64,000 nt of DNA from Minisyncoccota bacterium (GCA_041664265.1 JBAYLD010000002.1:35505-99504); one strand, 5' to 3'; numbered from the stretch's first letter, positions 9,896 through 20,111 are shown. Notes: generated by a model not told the origin, from the sequence alone. Program-made: numbers and translations.

Positions 9896-10330
9896 ATGTC
9901 CGGACCACTGCGAGTAACTCTCGTGATGCGGTGTTTTGTCGTAAATGAGGCGGGGAGGCTTCTCCTCATGAAGCGGTCATTGTCTGATCCCTACAAAAAA
10001 GGGTTATGGGAATGTCCGGGAGGAAAAGTCGATACCGCAGAAGATCTGTGGTGTGCGGGTATACGGGAGGTCGAGCAAGAAACAGGGTTCCTAGTGGAGC
10101 CAGTCGCACCTCTCACCTATGTCGACAATCATGTGATTCGTGAAGGAAAATACAAAGGAAACCTTTATGTTCAGGTGATTGGCGTCGCGCGCGTTATAGC
10201 CGGAACACTGCGGTTAAGTACAGAACACGAAGCTGGGGTGTGGATCTCGTACGATAACGTGTTCCTCTACGATCTTGCTCCCAAGATTAAAGAAGCCGCT
10301 ATCGCACTCAAAGAATACCTCACGAAGTAA
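9896..10330 (+). CDS. NUDIX hydrolase
   Basis: WECPGGKVD...REVEQETG Nudix box. Confidence 0.9.
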   Translation: MSGPLRVTLVMRCFVVNEAGRLLLMKRSLSDPYKKGLWECPGGKVDTAEDLWCAGIREVEQETGFLVEPVAPLTYVDNHVIREGKYKGNLYVQVIGVARVIAGTLRLSTEHEAGVWISYDNVFLYDLAPKIKEAAIALKEYLTK

Positions 10331-10333
10331 CCG

Positions 10334-10377
10334 AATCGCAGGAAGAGGCCGTATGCCCTCCTGCGATTTTTTATTTT
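10334..10377 (+). terminator. Intrinsic terminator
   Basis: AATCGCAGGA...TCCTGCGATT stem followed by a T-tract. Confidence 0.75.
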
Positions 10378-10395
10378 GCGAGTCTGACTCGCAAC

Positions 10396-11292
10396 CTAAT
10401 TCAAAAACTTCCGGATGTTTGATTGGTGAGTGGTAAACGTTTTTGCATAATGCATGAGGCCATCGTTGCCGGTGAGGTAGTAGAAATAGTCGGTCTGGGC
10501 GGGGTGGAGCGCCGCTTCAAGCGATTCAAGACCGGGATTCGCGATCGGCACTGCCGGGAACCCTTTATGCTCGTACGTCTCGCGCGCGGCGTCGACTTGA
10601 AGCGGCATGTCGCGCTCGAGGCGGTTCCAAAGGATGCCGGACACGAGGCGCTTGTCGGTAATGCCACGGGCCTCTTTCTCGATAAGGGACGCCATCATGA
10701 CAATTTCAGAGAGCGAATGCCCTGACGCTCGTGTCTCCTCAGCAAGAGGCGCCGTCTGAGCGTTGAAATTATCACGCATGTCCCTCACGATTGATTCTGC
10801 ATCTGCCGAAGGCGAGAAGAAATAAGTATCGGGGAAGAGGTACCCCTCGTGAGGCTCCCCGATCGATGCAAAGTCCGCCGCGGATATTCCGGGGAACGCC
10901 TCTTCGACTTGCGCCGCAATCTCTCGCACCGTCACCCCTTCGATGAAGGTAATCCGCGTTAAAGGGAGTCCGAATGCGCCCGTCACGAGCCGACGTGCGA
11001 TGGTAAATACGTTTTGAGGTGACTCGAACCGGTACGCGCCCGCTTGTATGCGGGTGCTCTTTGCACCAAGGCGCACCAACAACTCCAAGGACATCGGGTG
11101 AGCGATCACACGCGCATCAGCAAGCCCTCGCGCGACTTGGGGTGCGGACAGTCCTTGTGCGACGACTACAATGCTCCCCGAAGGAAAATCGGCTGGTGGC
11201 GAAATGAACGAACGATATCCGCCTATGGAGACCGCAGCGAACGCCAGCATCGCGATCCACGGCCAATTCGTTTTAAAGAAAGCAAGATACAT
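10396..11292 (-). CDS. mltG: Endolytic transglycosylase MltG
   Basis: EGYLFPDTY, ASLIEKE, NRL...LQVDA, PIANPG motifs. Confidence 0.93.
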   Translation of the reverse strand: MYLAFFKTNWPWIAMLAFAAVSIGGYRSFISPPADFPSGSIVVVAQGLSAPQVARGLADARVIAHPMSLELLVRLGAKSTRIQAGAYRFESPQNVFTIARRLVTGAFGLPLTRITFIEGVTVREIAAQVEEAFPGISAADFASIGEPHEGYLFPDTYFFSPSADAESIVRDMRDNFNAQTAPLAEETRASGHSLSEIVMMASLIEKEARGITDKRLVSGILWNRLERDMPLQVDAARETYEHKGFPAVPIANPGLESLEAALHPAQTDYFYYLTGNDGLMHYAKTFTTHQSNIRKFLN

Positions 11293-12671
11293 TACACCGG
11301 CAGGTTAACAGGTGCTTCGCTCGTTGCCGACTGGATGCGCCCGAGGCTCGGTGTCTCGATCGCACGCGACGGGATATGGAAGATCGTCGCGAGCTCCTCG
11401 GTGCTCATCACCATCGCCTTGTCGGGGTGGAAGCCGAAGGTAAACGGCGGATGGAAGTATTGGCGGCGGCGATACGCTTCTACGAGCGCGGTGCGGATTT
11501 TATTTTTTAATTTATCGGTGCCGATCTCCCAAGGATAATCATCAAACTGCATCATCCAGCTGCCGGCACCCGCCTTGATCCCATTCCACCCTTCTGAAGA
11601 GAATTGTTTGAAGATATTCATGAGGGCAAAGAGATTTACCACTCTGAATTTCTGGTCTGCGTTGACGAGATATATGCCGCGTATGCCGACATCAAAGGCG
11701 GGTTTGGTGACATTGCGCTCAATGGCGGCGATTTTCTCCATCTGACCCTTGGTCGGGTTGGGGAACCCAGGGACCTCCTTCCCCGATACAGGATCGGTAT
11801 ACGGCATACGTGTCTCCTCCCGCATTTTCTTCACAAGATCCTTTGCCTCATCCTTCCAATCAAAGGGCTTTCCATTATCTTTTAATTTGTGATACTTCTC
11901 GCCCTTATGCACACGGATCATAATCTGGAGCCACAACTGTTCACCCTTGCCCATTGAGCCCATAAACTCAATAAGGTTGGCGAGCGGGTCGGTCTGCTCC
12001 TCCTCCTTTTGTATCTTGTCCAAGCCGTATTCAACATAGGTTTTGATCGGGAGCGGGTCAGGGTCGGTATGGATGAAGTCACACCCCCAGATTCCTGAGC
12101 CCCATTTCTCAAGACTTAAATCAGCAAATCGCGTGTAGTCGGGTGCTTCAGTTATCTGTATGCTCGGATACTGCGCATAGAGCTGAGTCTCAATGACGGA
12201 GCGAAAGAATGTCCGCGTCCAGATGAAGAAGTGCACCTGACCCTCTATAGAGGCGATCTCAAGCGACCACCAGGGGCGCACTCCCCCTTTGATCCAACGA
12301 ACATACCAGGTACCCTCGCCCGGAGAGAGATGGATACCCGAGAAGAAAGTCTCCATCGCAAGCGGCGTCTTGATAAGGTTGCGCGGCGGTTTGATCTCAA
12401 GGAGTATCATCTCTTGTGCTGCGATAAACTCTGATCGCCGCCACGCGATCCAGAGCCCCCACGCGCCGCCGAGGAGCAGAGCTGGTAGCCACAAGGGCGC
12501 GATAAAGAGCGCGAGCGAGAGCGCGAGTGAGACCACTTTGGGCATGAAGATGAACGAGACCAGCAGGATCATCGCCCCGAGGATGAGGATCGGCCACTCC
12601 GGAAGGCGGAAGCCGGATTGCGCGGTGGACTTGCTCGTTAACTTTTCAAGTTTGTCTAAGAACGGAAGCAT
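11292..12671 (-). CDS. Conserved CPR membrane protein, resembling the N-terminal module of CPR VirD4/TraG-like proteins
   Basis: Two TM helices; WWSLEIAS, QLYAQYP, EELATIFHIP, EAPVNLP motifs. Confidence 0.55.
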   Translation of the reverse strand: MLPFLDKLEKLTSKSTAQSGFRLPEWPILILGAMILLVSFIFMPKVVSLALSLALFIAPLWLPALLLGGAWGLWIAWRRSEFIAAQEMILLEIKPPRNLIKTPLAMETFFSGIHLSPGEGTWYVRWIKGGVRPWWSLEIASIEGQVHFFIWTRTFFRSVIETQLYAQYPSIQITEAPDYTRFADLSLEKWGSGIWGCDFIHTDPDPLPIKTYVEYGLDKIQKEEEQTDPLANLIEFMGSMGKGEQLWLQIMIRVHKGEKYHKLKDNGKPFDWKDEAKDLVKKMREETRMPYTDPVSGKEVPGFPNPTKGQMEKIAAIERNVTKPAFDVGIRGIYLVNADQKFRVVNLFALMNIFKQFSSEGWNGIKAGAGSWMMQFDDYPWEIGTDKLKNKIRTALVEAYRRRQYFHPPFTFGFHPDKAMVMSTEELATIFHIPSRAIETPSLGRIQSATSEAPVNLPV

Positions 12672-12690
12672 ATGACAAGTATAGCAACAA

Positions 12691-12715
12691 AAAGCGGCGC
12701 CAGAAGCGCCGCTTT
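12691..12715. terminator. Hairpin terminator
   Basis: AAAGCGGCGC-CAGAA-GCGCCGCTTT just after the stop of 12718..13797. Confidence 0.65.
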
Positions 12716-12717
12716 GT

Positions 12718-13797
12718 TTATACTGCCGCGTAGCGGCCGTCTTTCATCCGTTTGAAGTAGCGCGAATCGTTCAAATTCACCAAGATGGTGTTGTCCTTCA
12801 CAAAACGAGCTTTCTTGACGTGCTTGATGATCTCGTCTTTCTTCATCGGGCCTTTCTCCTCAAGCGTCTCGCGAATAACGTCGCGCACAACGCCCGGCGT
12901 ATAGCCCCACTCGGTGAGCGCGTAGAGTCCGCGGCCGACGAGTACGAAACGAGGATCCTTGATGAGCTCGTTGTGCGTTGTCGCGACGTGCGCCTTCTTG
13001 GAGAAGAGGTTGCTGATCGCCTTCGAGACTTCAGAGAAGTGCATCGGAGCGCCGTGGCGCTTGATAGCGAGATAGGCGTAATCGCGGATGCCCTTGATAC
13101 GGATGGCAGGTGCGCTCATCTTGCCCCACTGGGCAAGCGGGTTCCTGCCGATATGCTTAGAGAGCGAGAGCCAGCGCTTCAAGACCTCCTCGTTCTTGTA
13201 GGCGTCGTTGACCGACTTGAGCTCATCAAGAAAGCGATCGAGGATCTCGGCTTCAGAGACGACCTCGTCATCCGGGAGCGACGCATACAGCTTCGAGAGC
13301 GCGTCATGGATATGTTTTGCGGCCGTGGCATCGACATGCCAGCGCGCGAGGAAGTCGTTTGTCTCGCGCTCGCGGAAGAACGCCGAGTCAACCATGAGGA
13401 GGAAGCGGAATCGGTTGCGGCTCTTCTCATCCTTCCCGAGTGCGGAAAGAAGCGTTTCTTCGGGCACGATGGCGCCGAGCGAGTCAATGTAGCGTGCGAG
13501 ATCCTCAAACGCTCCCTGCGATTCTTTAAAAATCTTGCTCGCGCGAATCGCGTCGAGTCCGGCAGCCTCGATCTGGCGCACGCGCTCGCGGGTGATGCTC
13601 GAGCGATCGCCGATCGCTTCAAGTGTCTCGCGTTCGGCGTTCGTGCCGAGGCCAAAACGGCGCACCAAAACGTCGCGCGCGCGTTCTGGAGCGGCGGCGA
13701 GGAGCCGCTTCACCAGCGCAGCGCTATCAAAGGAAAAGGAGGCTGCGGCAATAGCCGAAGATTTCCCGATCTTTTTAGTTTTGGTCATTTTTTTCAT
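12718..13797 (-). CDS. Sigma70 region-4-like HTH plus HARE-HTH (RNAP delta-like) protein
   Basis: RRFGL...TLEAIG...ITRERVRQIE; C-terminal HNELIKDPRFVLVGRGLYAL. Confidence 0.75.
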   Translation of the reverse strand: MKKMTKTKKIGKSSAIAAASFSFDSAALVKRLLAAAPERARDVLVRRFGLGTNAERETLEAIGDRSSITRERVRQIEAAGLDAIRASKIFKESQGAFEDLARYIDSLGAIVPEETLLSALGKDEKSRNRFRFLLMVDSAFFRERETNDFLARWHVDATAAKHIHDALSKLYASLPDDEVVSEAEILDRFLDELKSVNDAYKNEEVLKRWLSLSKHIGRNPLAQWGKMSAPAIRIKGIRDYAYLAIKRHGAPMHFSEVSKAISNLFSKKAHVATTHNELIKDPRFVLVGRGLYALTEWGYTPGVVRDVIRETLEEKGPMKKDEIIKHVKKARFVKDNTILVNLNDSRYFKRMKDGRYAAV

Positions 13798-13855
13798 GTG
13801 GTGTAATTTATAGCAAACGCTTAATAAAGAGTCAACCCCTCTGTCAATAGCTGGA

Positions 13856-16228
13856 CTATACCACAAGATTCAGGATCTTACCCGGGACGTAGACGACCCG
13901 CTTTGGCTCCTGCCCGCCGAGTGCTGCAGCGACTGTCGGGATCTTCAGTGCCTCAGCCGTTACTGCCTCCTCAGAGGCGTCCTGTGCGAGCGTGACCGAG
14001 CCACGACGCTTGCCGTTCACCTGTACGATGACTTCTTTTTCGCTCGCTACTATTACAACGGCTGCTGGCCATACCTGTTTGTGCACGCTCCCTTCCCCAC
14101 CGAGTTTTTCCCACAAATCTTCTGCGAGGTGCGGGGCGAAGGGCGCGAGCATAATCACTAGCTGAGCGAGAGTATCTTTGGAAATACTCTCCTGTTTCTC
14201 CAATTCGTTTACAAGAATCATGAGCGTTGAAATGCTGGTATTGAATTTAAAGCGATCACCGTCCTGCGCGACCTTCACGCTCGTGCGTGCGAGTGCTTGC
14301 TGTATTTCTGGACTTACGAAGTCCTTACATTCGGTTCCCGTATCTAGGGACTTCGTAAGTCCCTCTATATTCCGGTCCACGAGGCGATCAATTCGTTCCA
14401 AAAACTTCCGCATCGCAGCAACACCGTCGAGATTCCAGGGGTAGCTCCCTGGCTCGTTGTAAGGACCGATGAAGGCGAGATAGATTCGCACCGCATCGGC
14501 GCCATGCTTCTGCACAAACTCATCCGGATTAATGACATTCCCTTTTGACTTGCTCATCTTAGCTCCGTCGGGACCCATAATGAGCCCGCGATTAAAGCGC
14601 TCGGTGAATGGCTCTTCGACCGGCACGAGTGCGAGATCATAGAGCGCCTGCGTGAAGAAGCGCGCATAGAGTAGGTGCATCGTGGTGTGTTCGCTCCCGC
14701 CCGAATAGCGATTGATCGGCAGCCACTTTTTCATCAACTCAGTATCAGAAAAAGCATTTGAATCTTTGGGGTCAAGATAGCGCAAGAAATACCACGAAGA
14801 ATCCACGAACGTATCGAGCGTGTCATACTCTGGCGTCCAACCCTCGCCGAAGATGCGCGTGACGCGCTCCTGCAATTCTTTAGATGAGGCGAGGGGCGAC
14901 TTGCCGGTGGGAGTGAAGTCCGCATCAGTCGGCAGGAGCCAGGGCAGGTGTTCGGCCGGTATCGCGTGTGGAGTACCCTCCGGATCGTAGACAATCGGTA
15001 TCGGGCATCCCCAATATCTCTGCCGGCTCACGAGCCAATCGCGCAGGCGATATTGTGTCGCCTTCTCGCCCCCGATGCTCGCGACGGTATCCCAATCAAC
15101 AAATTCAGCCTCACGTATCGGCAGATTGAACTTCTCCGCGAATTCACGGTCCCGTTCATCATATGCAGGGACAGCCATGATACCACCGGTGCCATACGAA
15201 CCTAGGACGTAGTCGGCGACGTAAATTGGAATCTCTTCTTTTGTCGCTGGATTGACTGCCATGACACCCTCCAACTTCACGCCCGTCTTCTCTTTATTCT
15301 CACTCCGCTCCCGCTCAGTCTTCTTCTTGGTCGCTTCCACATATGCCTCAACTTCTTTCGCATTCATGAGGGGTTTACGAAACCCTTCATCTTGAAGCAG
15401 TGAATGCTCCGGAGCAAGCACGAGGTACGTCGCGCCGAAGATCGTATCGGGTCTAGTTGTAAACACTTCGATATACGGACTTACGATGTCCGTAGATTCA
15501 GAATCGGATGTTCTAACATTGAATTTTATCTTCGCACCTTCTGACTTCCCTATCCAGGCTCTCTGCGCCTCTTTAATCTCTTCGCGCCACGGGAGCGTGT
15601 CGAGCCCTGTGAGGAGCCGCTCAGCATGCTGGGTTATTTTTAAGAACCACTGCGTCAAACGTTTTTCTTCAACCTCTGTGCCGCAGCGCTCGCAGCAGCC
15701 GTCAAGTACCTGTTCATTAGCGAGTACGGTCAAACACTTCGGACACCATTTCACCGCTGCCTCTCGTCGCTCAGCGAGTCCGTGCTCAAAGAGCTTCGCG
15801 AAGAGCCACTGCGTCCACTGGTAATAGCTCGGCTCACAGGTCACCACTTCTTTACTCCAATCAAACGATGCGCCCATAGAGGCAAGCTGCTCGCGCATGC
15901 GTGTCATATTGGCGTAGGTCCACGCCTTAGGGTCCTCGCCATGCTTCATCGCCGCGTTCTCAGCCGGGAGTCCGAAGGCGTCAAAGCCGATCGGGAAGAG
16001 GACATTCTTCCCTTGTGCGCGCAGGAGGCGCGCATAGATATCGGTTACCGCGAAGGCATACCAATGGCCGATGTGCAGATCTCCCGATGGGTACGGGAAT
16101 TCAACAAGGAGGTAATACGGCTCCTTACCGCCAGCTGGCGGATCATCAGAGAGATCGGCACGATATAGATCAAGCTCCGCCCACTTCGCTTGGACTTTTT
16201 TTTCTATTTCTCGGTGGTCATACGCCAT
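13856..16228 (-). CDS. leuS: Leucine--tRNA ligase
   Basis: FPYPSGDLHIGH (HIGH), KMSKS, FTTRPDT, GTGGIMAVP. Confidence 0.97.
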   Translation of the reverse strand: MAYDHREIEKKVQAKWAELDLYRADLSDDPPAGGKEPYYLLVEFPYPSGDLHIGHWYAFAVTDIYARLLRAQGKNVLFPIGFDAFGLPAENAAMKHGEDPKAWTYANMTRMREQLASMGASFDWSKEVVTCEPSYYQWTQWLFAKLFEHGLAERREAAVKWCPKCLTVLANEQVLDGCCERCGTEVEEKRLTQWFLKITQHAERLLTGLDTLPWREEIKEAQRAWIGKSEGAKIKFNVRTSDSESTDIVSPYIEVFTTRPDTIFGATYLVLAPEHSLLQDEGFRKPLMNAKEVEAYVEATKKKTERERSENKEKTGVKLEGVMAVNPATKEEIPIYVADYVLGSYGTGGIMAVPAYDERDREFAEKFNLPIREAEFVDWDTVASIGGEKATQYRLRDWLVSRQRYWGCPIPIVYDPEGTPHAIPAEHLPWLLPTDADFTPTGKSPLASSKELQERVTRIFGEGWTPEYDTLDTFVDSSWYFLRYLDPKDSNAFSDTELMKKWLPINRYSGGSEHTTMHLLYARFFTQALYDLALVPVEEPFTERFNRGLIMGPDGAKMSKSKGNVINPDEFVQKHGADAVRIYLAFIGPYNEPGSYPWNLDGVAAMRKFLERIDRLVDRNIEGLTKSLDTGTECKDFVSPEIQQALARTSVKVAQDGDRFKFNTSISTLMILVNELEKQESISKDTLAQLVIMLAPFAPHLAEDLWEKLGGEGSVHKQVWPAAVVIVASEKEVIVQVNGKRRGSVTLAQDASEEAVTAEALKIPTVAAALGGQEPKRVVYVPGKILNLVV
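14310..14364. repeat. REPIN-like inverted pair, family A, in-frame in leuS
   Basis: GGACTTACGAAGTCC (14310-14324) and its reverse complement GGACTTCGTAAGTCC (14348-14362). Confidence 0.85.
15474..15505. repeat. Family A REP-like unit in leuS
   Basis: TACGGACTTACGATGTCCGTA plus GATTCAGAATC; the core is identical to the alaS arm. Confidence 0.8.
16128..16141. repeat. 14-bp palindrome in the leuS 5' region (encodes PPAGG)
   Basis: CCGCCAGCTGGCGG perfect palindrome. Confidence 0.5.
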
Positions 16229-16264
16229 GAGGGTTCAACAAGATTCAACTTTCGGAATTCGGAT

Positions 16265-17236
16265 TTAAGGTTGAACCTTGGTATTGAACGGCGGAAAGAA
16301 CGCGGGATCAATCGTCCGGTCGAAGCATACCTGCCCCGCGCCGTGCTGCCAGTTGTCTTGCAACGAACCCTTTATGCCCGCCGGCGTAGGTACCGAGGAA
16401 AATTCGCGGCCCTCGAACGAGATGGTTTGATTCCCGCGGCTTTCTGCATTGAACACCGCGCAAAGCTTGAATGAGAGCCCCTCGCCTGGCTGATAAACAT
16501 AAGGCTCTCCTGTTTGAGGATCGACCGGCAGCGGGCCGAACGAGAGCGAGTTGTTGAGGTCGGCAATCGTTCCCGGCAATTTTTGTTTCGCTTGGTAATA
16601 GGTGGTGATTTGGGATTGGATATTCTGTAAGTCGCCCACCTTCTGTGCATCAAAGCGCGCAAGGCGCGCTTGGCCCGGAGTGCCGACGATAAAGAATCCT
16701 GAAATTATCGTGGCAGCCGCGAGAATCGCGACGCCGATACGTACCCAATTTCTCCGGTTGGGGAACGCATCCCAGTACCCCTTCAGGTCTGCGCTGAAGT
16801 GCATGAAGACTCCCGCCGCAACCAGCAAGATGACCAGCACCTTGAGCAAAAAGGCGGTCGTGAGCGTCTCGCCGTTTAAGAAGGTGGTGAGGAGCGTAAT
16901 AAGATCTATCGCGATGGTGATCCCGGCGACAAAGAGCGTCAATATAAGCGCCCACCGACGCACCCAGATATCTTTGCGGGAAGGATCGCGAGAAATGTCT
17001 TGGTGTATGAGCTTCATGAGGAATAGATAGGCCGGAAGCAGGACAATAAGCGACGCCATCTCGTAGCTGATGCCGCTCTGGTAGGGGTCGGCCGGGAAGA
17101 AGGAAAGCGCGTCAGGAAACGAATAGTTAATGTAATCGAAGATAAGGAAGATGAATGCGATCACGCTCCAATAAAAAGAGACCATCGCTCCTGCCCACAA
17201 GAAGAAATCCTTCGGTGTTATTTTGGTGGTGTTCAT
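16265..17236 (-). CDS. Multi-TM membrane protein (DUF5671-like) with pilin-like C-terminal domain
   Basis: Five TM helices; R.D..KV.DL..I...I..YY and DP.TG.PY.Y...F.LCA.F segments. Confidence 0.65.
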   Translation of the reverse strand: MNTTKITPKDFFLWAGAMVSFYWSVIAFIFLIFDYINYSFPDALSFFPADPYQSGISYEMASLIVLLPAYLFLMKLIHQDISRDPSRKDIWVRRWALILTLFVAGITIAIDLITLLTTFLNGETLTTAFLLKVLVILLVAAGVFMHFSADLKGYWDAFPNRRNWVRIGVAILAAATIISGFFIVGTPGQARLARFDAQKVGDLQNIQSQITTYYQAKQKLPGTIADLNNSLSFGPLPVDPQTGEPYVYQPGEGLSFKLCAVFNAESRGNQTISFEGREFSSVPTPAGIKGSLQDNWQHGAGQVCFDRTIDPAFFPPFNTKVQP

Positions 17237-17262
17237 AGAGGCGCATTATACCATAAAAACAG

Positions 17263-17296
17263 AAACCCCCGCGCAAGCTCTGCAAGCGCGGGGGTC
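17263..17296 (-). terminator. Intrinsic terminator of 17324..17875
   Basis: CCCCCGCGC...GCGCGGGGG stem with a T-tract on the minus strand. Confidence 0.65.
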
Positions 17297-17323
17297 GATT
17301 GTGCATACCGGGTATGCACATGA

Positions 17324-17875
17324 TTAGGTCGGTTCGGGAACAGGTTCTGCTTCGGGCTTCTGACTTCTCAACCATTGAAGCCCCTTCTTGAGCCACTCCA
17401 GCACCTTGTTTTTGCCGGGAGGTCGCGGGATGCAGATTGAAAAGTATACCCACGCGATCCAACATATTACCGAGGCGAACAAAAATAATGGAATCATCAA
17501 GCTAGCCTTATTCCTCAAAGGTGAGGCCAACACGCCTAACAGTATGGACCAAATGAGTCCGCAAACCAATATTGTGAATATTCGCAAGGGCGTCCGATGA
17601 AAGATAGAAAGCCAGAGTCTGTTGTTTACCAGAAACTCAGTCTCCTCGTACTCCACTCTTCGGATAAGGACTCCTACAACAACTGTAGTAATCGAGACGT
17701 ACCCTACGATTAGAGGAATGAATTTGATCACCAAAGCCGCCCAGAGAAATACAAAAGCCAGAACCAGTGACCACTTCTCGAACTTAAACTTTGTTACTTC
17801 TCCGATGAGCTCTTGGGTGCTATCACACACCCACTGTGCCGCGCTCAACAACTTGCCATCTATCCATCTGAGCAT
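17324..17875 (-). CDS. Hypothetical 4-TM membrane protein (stand-alone cassette)
   Basis: Hydrophobic 183-aa ORF with AAGGAGG SD, TTGACG-N16-TATGCT promoter and own terminator. Confidence 0.6.
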   Translation of the reverse strand: MLRWIDGKLLSAAQWVCDSTQELIGEVTKFKFEKWSLVLAFVFLWAALVIKFIPLIVGYVSITTVVVGVLIRRVEYEETEFLVNNRLWLSIFHRTPLRIFTILVCGLIWSILLGVLASPLRNKASLMIPLFLFASVICWIAWVYFSICIPRPPGKNKVLEWLKKGLQWLRSQKPEAEPVPEPT

Positions 17876-18013
17876 TTCAATTCCCTCCTTCCTTTTCTCG
17901 TTAGTAGTTAGTACATCCGGCGCTTAGCATACCGGATCTAATATATCCGTCAACTATCCAAAACAGAATGCGGTCGCATCATGTTGTGGATACCTGTTGC
18001 GAGCGTTTGAGAC

Positions 18014-18056
18014 CGCGAGGTGACACCTTACGGTTGCCGTAAGGTGTCACCTCGCG
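18014..18056. repeat. Intergenic REPIN-like palindrome, family C
   Basis: CGCGAGGTGACACCTTACGG-TTG-CCGTAAGGTGTCACCTCGCG, 20-bp arms each containing an inner hairpin. Confidence 0.9.
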
Positions 18057-18061
18057 TCCCG

Positions 18062-19159
18062 CTAGCCGTGGAGGAATACCATCACATCGCCGTCCTTGAC
18101 GATGTAATCCTTCCCTTCTGTTCGCACTTTTGCAGTCTCGCGCGCGGCGGCCCACGAGCCGGCAGAGAGGAGATCGTCGGTCGAGACGACTTCAGCGCGG
18201 ATAAACTTATCCAAAAAGTCGTTGTGGATAGCGGCGCCGGCAACCGGCGCCGTACTCCCCGCTTGAATCGTCCACGCGCGCGTCTCGTCGGTGCCGGTGG
18301 TAAAAAATGAGATCAGCCCGAGCGTGTCATAGGCGCTGCGAATCAGACTCGCAAGCCCGTCTTCTTGGGCGCCGAATTCTTGGCGGAAGGTGTGGCGGTC
18401 TTCATCAGCGACGTCATTCAACTCACGCTCGATCGCGGCGTCGACGCGTACGTAGCGCGACCCGAGCGCTTTAATGAGCTCATACGCCCGCTCCGCGCGG
18501 CCATCTGCGAGTTCATCGAGATTGTGCCCGCCATTTTTTGTATTAAGCGCATAGAGGATCGGCTTCATGGTGAGCAGGTTTAAGGTCGCGATGCGCTTCT
18601 TCTCATCGTCGGTGATCCCCGCGTGGAGAGCGAGCTTCCCTGCAGCAAAAGTTTGTTCGAGTTTGGCAAGCACAGCATCCTCCTCGATCGCATCCTTGCG
18701 TCCGGCCTTGATGTCGCCTGCGATCTTGTCGCGGCGCTTACGCACCTGTTCGGCATCGGCGAGCGCGAGTTCCACATTGATGATCTCGATATCCTTATAG
18801 GGCTCGATAGCCTCTTCGACGTGGGTGATGTTTGGATCGTCAAAGAAGCGCACCACTTCGAGTATCGCATCTGTCTCGCGGATATTCGCGAGGAATTGGT
18901 TCCCGAGCCCCTCTCCGTCTGCGGCACCCTTCACCAGCCCCGCGATGTCTACGAACTCGATCGCCGCCGGGATCGTTTTTGCCGATTTTGACAGGTCCGC
19001 GAGCTTCTCGAGCCGCGCATCCGGCACACCGACCACACCCACTGATGGGTCGATGGTGCAGAATGGATAATTCTCCGCCGGCACCGACGCCTTCGTGAGC
19101 GCGTTAAAGAGCGTGGACTTCCCCACGTTCGGCAATCCGACAATGCCTATCTTCAGCAT
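18062..19159 (-). CDS. ychF: Ribosome-binding ATPase YchF
   Basis: GLPNVGKST, NYPFCTIDP, DIAGLV, TGS domain with AIHNDF and GKDYIVKDGDV. Confidence 0.97.
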   Translation of the reverse strand: MLKIGIVGLPNVGKSTLFNALTKASVPAENYPFCTIDPSVGVVGVPDARLEKLADLSKSAKTIPAAIEFVDIAGLVKGAADGEGLGNQFLANIRETDAILEVVRFFDDPNITHVEEAIEPYKDIEIINVELALADAEQVRKRRDKIAGDIKAGRKDAIEEDAVLAKLEQTFAAGKLALHAGITDDEKKRIATLNLLTMKPILYALNTKNGGHNLDELADGRAERAYELIKALGSRYVRVDAAIERELNDVADEDRHTFRQEFGAQEDGLASLIRSAYDTLGLISFFTTGTDETRAWTIQAGSTAPVAGAAIHNDFLDKFIRAEVVSTDDLLSAGSWAAARETAKVRTEGKDYIVKDGDVMVFLHG

Positions 19160-19228
19160 GTTACCCACTATTGCCTTTTTCTATTCAAATTTCAAGCCCA
19201 AGAATATTCAACTTATGACAAAAAAGAA

Positions 19229-19261
19229 AGGACCTAACAAGTTTTAAGCTTGTCAGGTCCT
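19229..19261 (-). terminator. Intrinsic terminator ending the comDE-rSAM island
   Basis: AGGACCTGACAAG...CTTGTTAGGTCCT followed by TTCTTTTTT on the minus strand. Confidence 0.7.
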
Positions 19262-19301
19262 GTGTTTGCTACAACAACTTAATCAACTTTGATTTGTACA
19301 A

Positions 19302-20111
19302 TCACACCTGTGTCTTCCTTACCAAGGCGAAACCATCGGTCTGAAGCAGGATGCCTTTCTTTCGTTCGATGTAACTTAAGATATCTTCTTGAATGTCCTT
19401 GGGGTATTCTCCCCATCGCTTATTCAAGAAAAATTCGACGATTGAAATTACGTCTCGCATATTGCCCGCTATTGGCAAGTGTAATTCTGAATTGGCACTG
19501 CATGTTGATACTTCTATCGATCTGGTTTTGGCCAATTCATAGAATATATCGAGTGCGCTATCGATGGTTAAAGAATGATAACTTTCTTTCATTAACCGGG
19601 ATTTGAATGTAGATCTGAATTCGTGAATGTCATCATTTTTTCTTAAAACAACAACTAGACAACCATCAGAATTCAGCATGTCCAACATCCTCTTGTAAAT
19701 TCGCGGCAACACATCTCGTGCAAACGGAAGATGCGATACCAAGATTACATCGAATGAATTACTCGGCACAAAATCATCAAAAGTAGAGGGATTAATTTCT
19801 ACTTCAGCATACGGAGGAAATTGCTTTGCAATCAATCGCAATCGTTTTATTAAATCCTTGCTCGGCTCAAGCAAAGTTATGCTTACTCTTTTAAGTCGCC
19901 GAGCTCTGATTTTATTTAACGACAACCGAAGATATTCGCCATTTCCTGAACCAATGTCCAAAAGATTCAAATTATCTCGATTGAGTAATTTCCTTAGCAG
20001 ATTCGCTAGCACCGCTGATGATTTTTCCTTTTCGCTGGTGTACTTCAAGAATGTTTCGAAGACCGACTCTTCTTGTTTATCAAGATATTCGAATCCAACG
20101 TCTTTCCCCAT
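19302..20111 (-). CDS. Class I SAM-dependent methyltransferase
   Basis: LLDIGSGNG motif I, LLEPS, FDVIL; SD AAGGAGG. Confidence 0.85.
   Translation of the reverse strand: MGKDVGFEYLDKQEESVFETFLKYTSEKEKSSAVLANLLRKLLNRDNLNLLDIGSGNGEYLRLSLNKIRARRLKRVSITLLEPSKDLIKRLRLIAKQFPPYAEVEINPSTFDDFVPSNSFDVILVSHLPFARDVLPRIYKRMLDMLNSDGCLVVVLRKNDDIHEFRSTFKSRLMKESYHSLTIDSALDIFYELAKTRSIEVSTCSANSELHLPIAGNMRDVISIVEFFLNKRWGEYPKDIQEDILSYIERKKGILLQTDGFALVRKTQV

Noticed and set aside
12820-13806. Long antisense ORFs (12820..13806 +, 46795..47559 +, 55796..56509 +, 61036..61932 +)
   Set aside because: They are shadows of well-supported genes on the opposite strand in GC-rich DNA and have no recognisable motifs.
16267-16279. 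AAGGTT-G-AACCTT at the end of the DUF5671-like gene as a further REP family
   Set aside because: Only one clear 13-bp copy in the window; insufficient alone.
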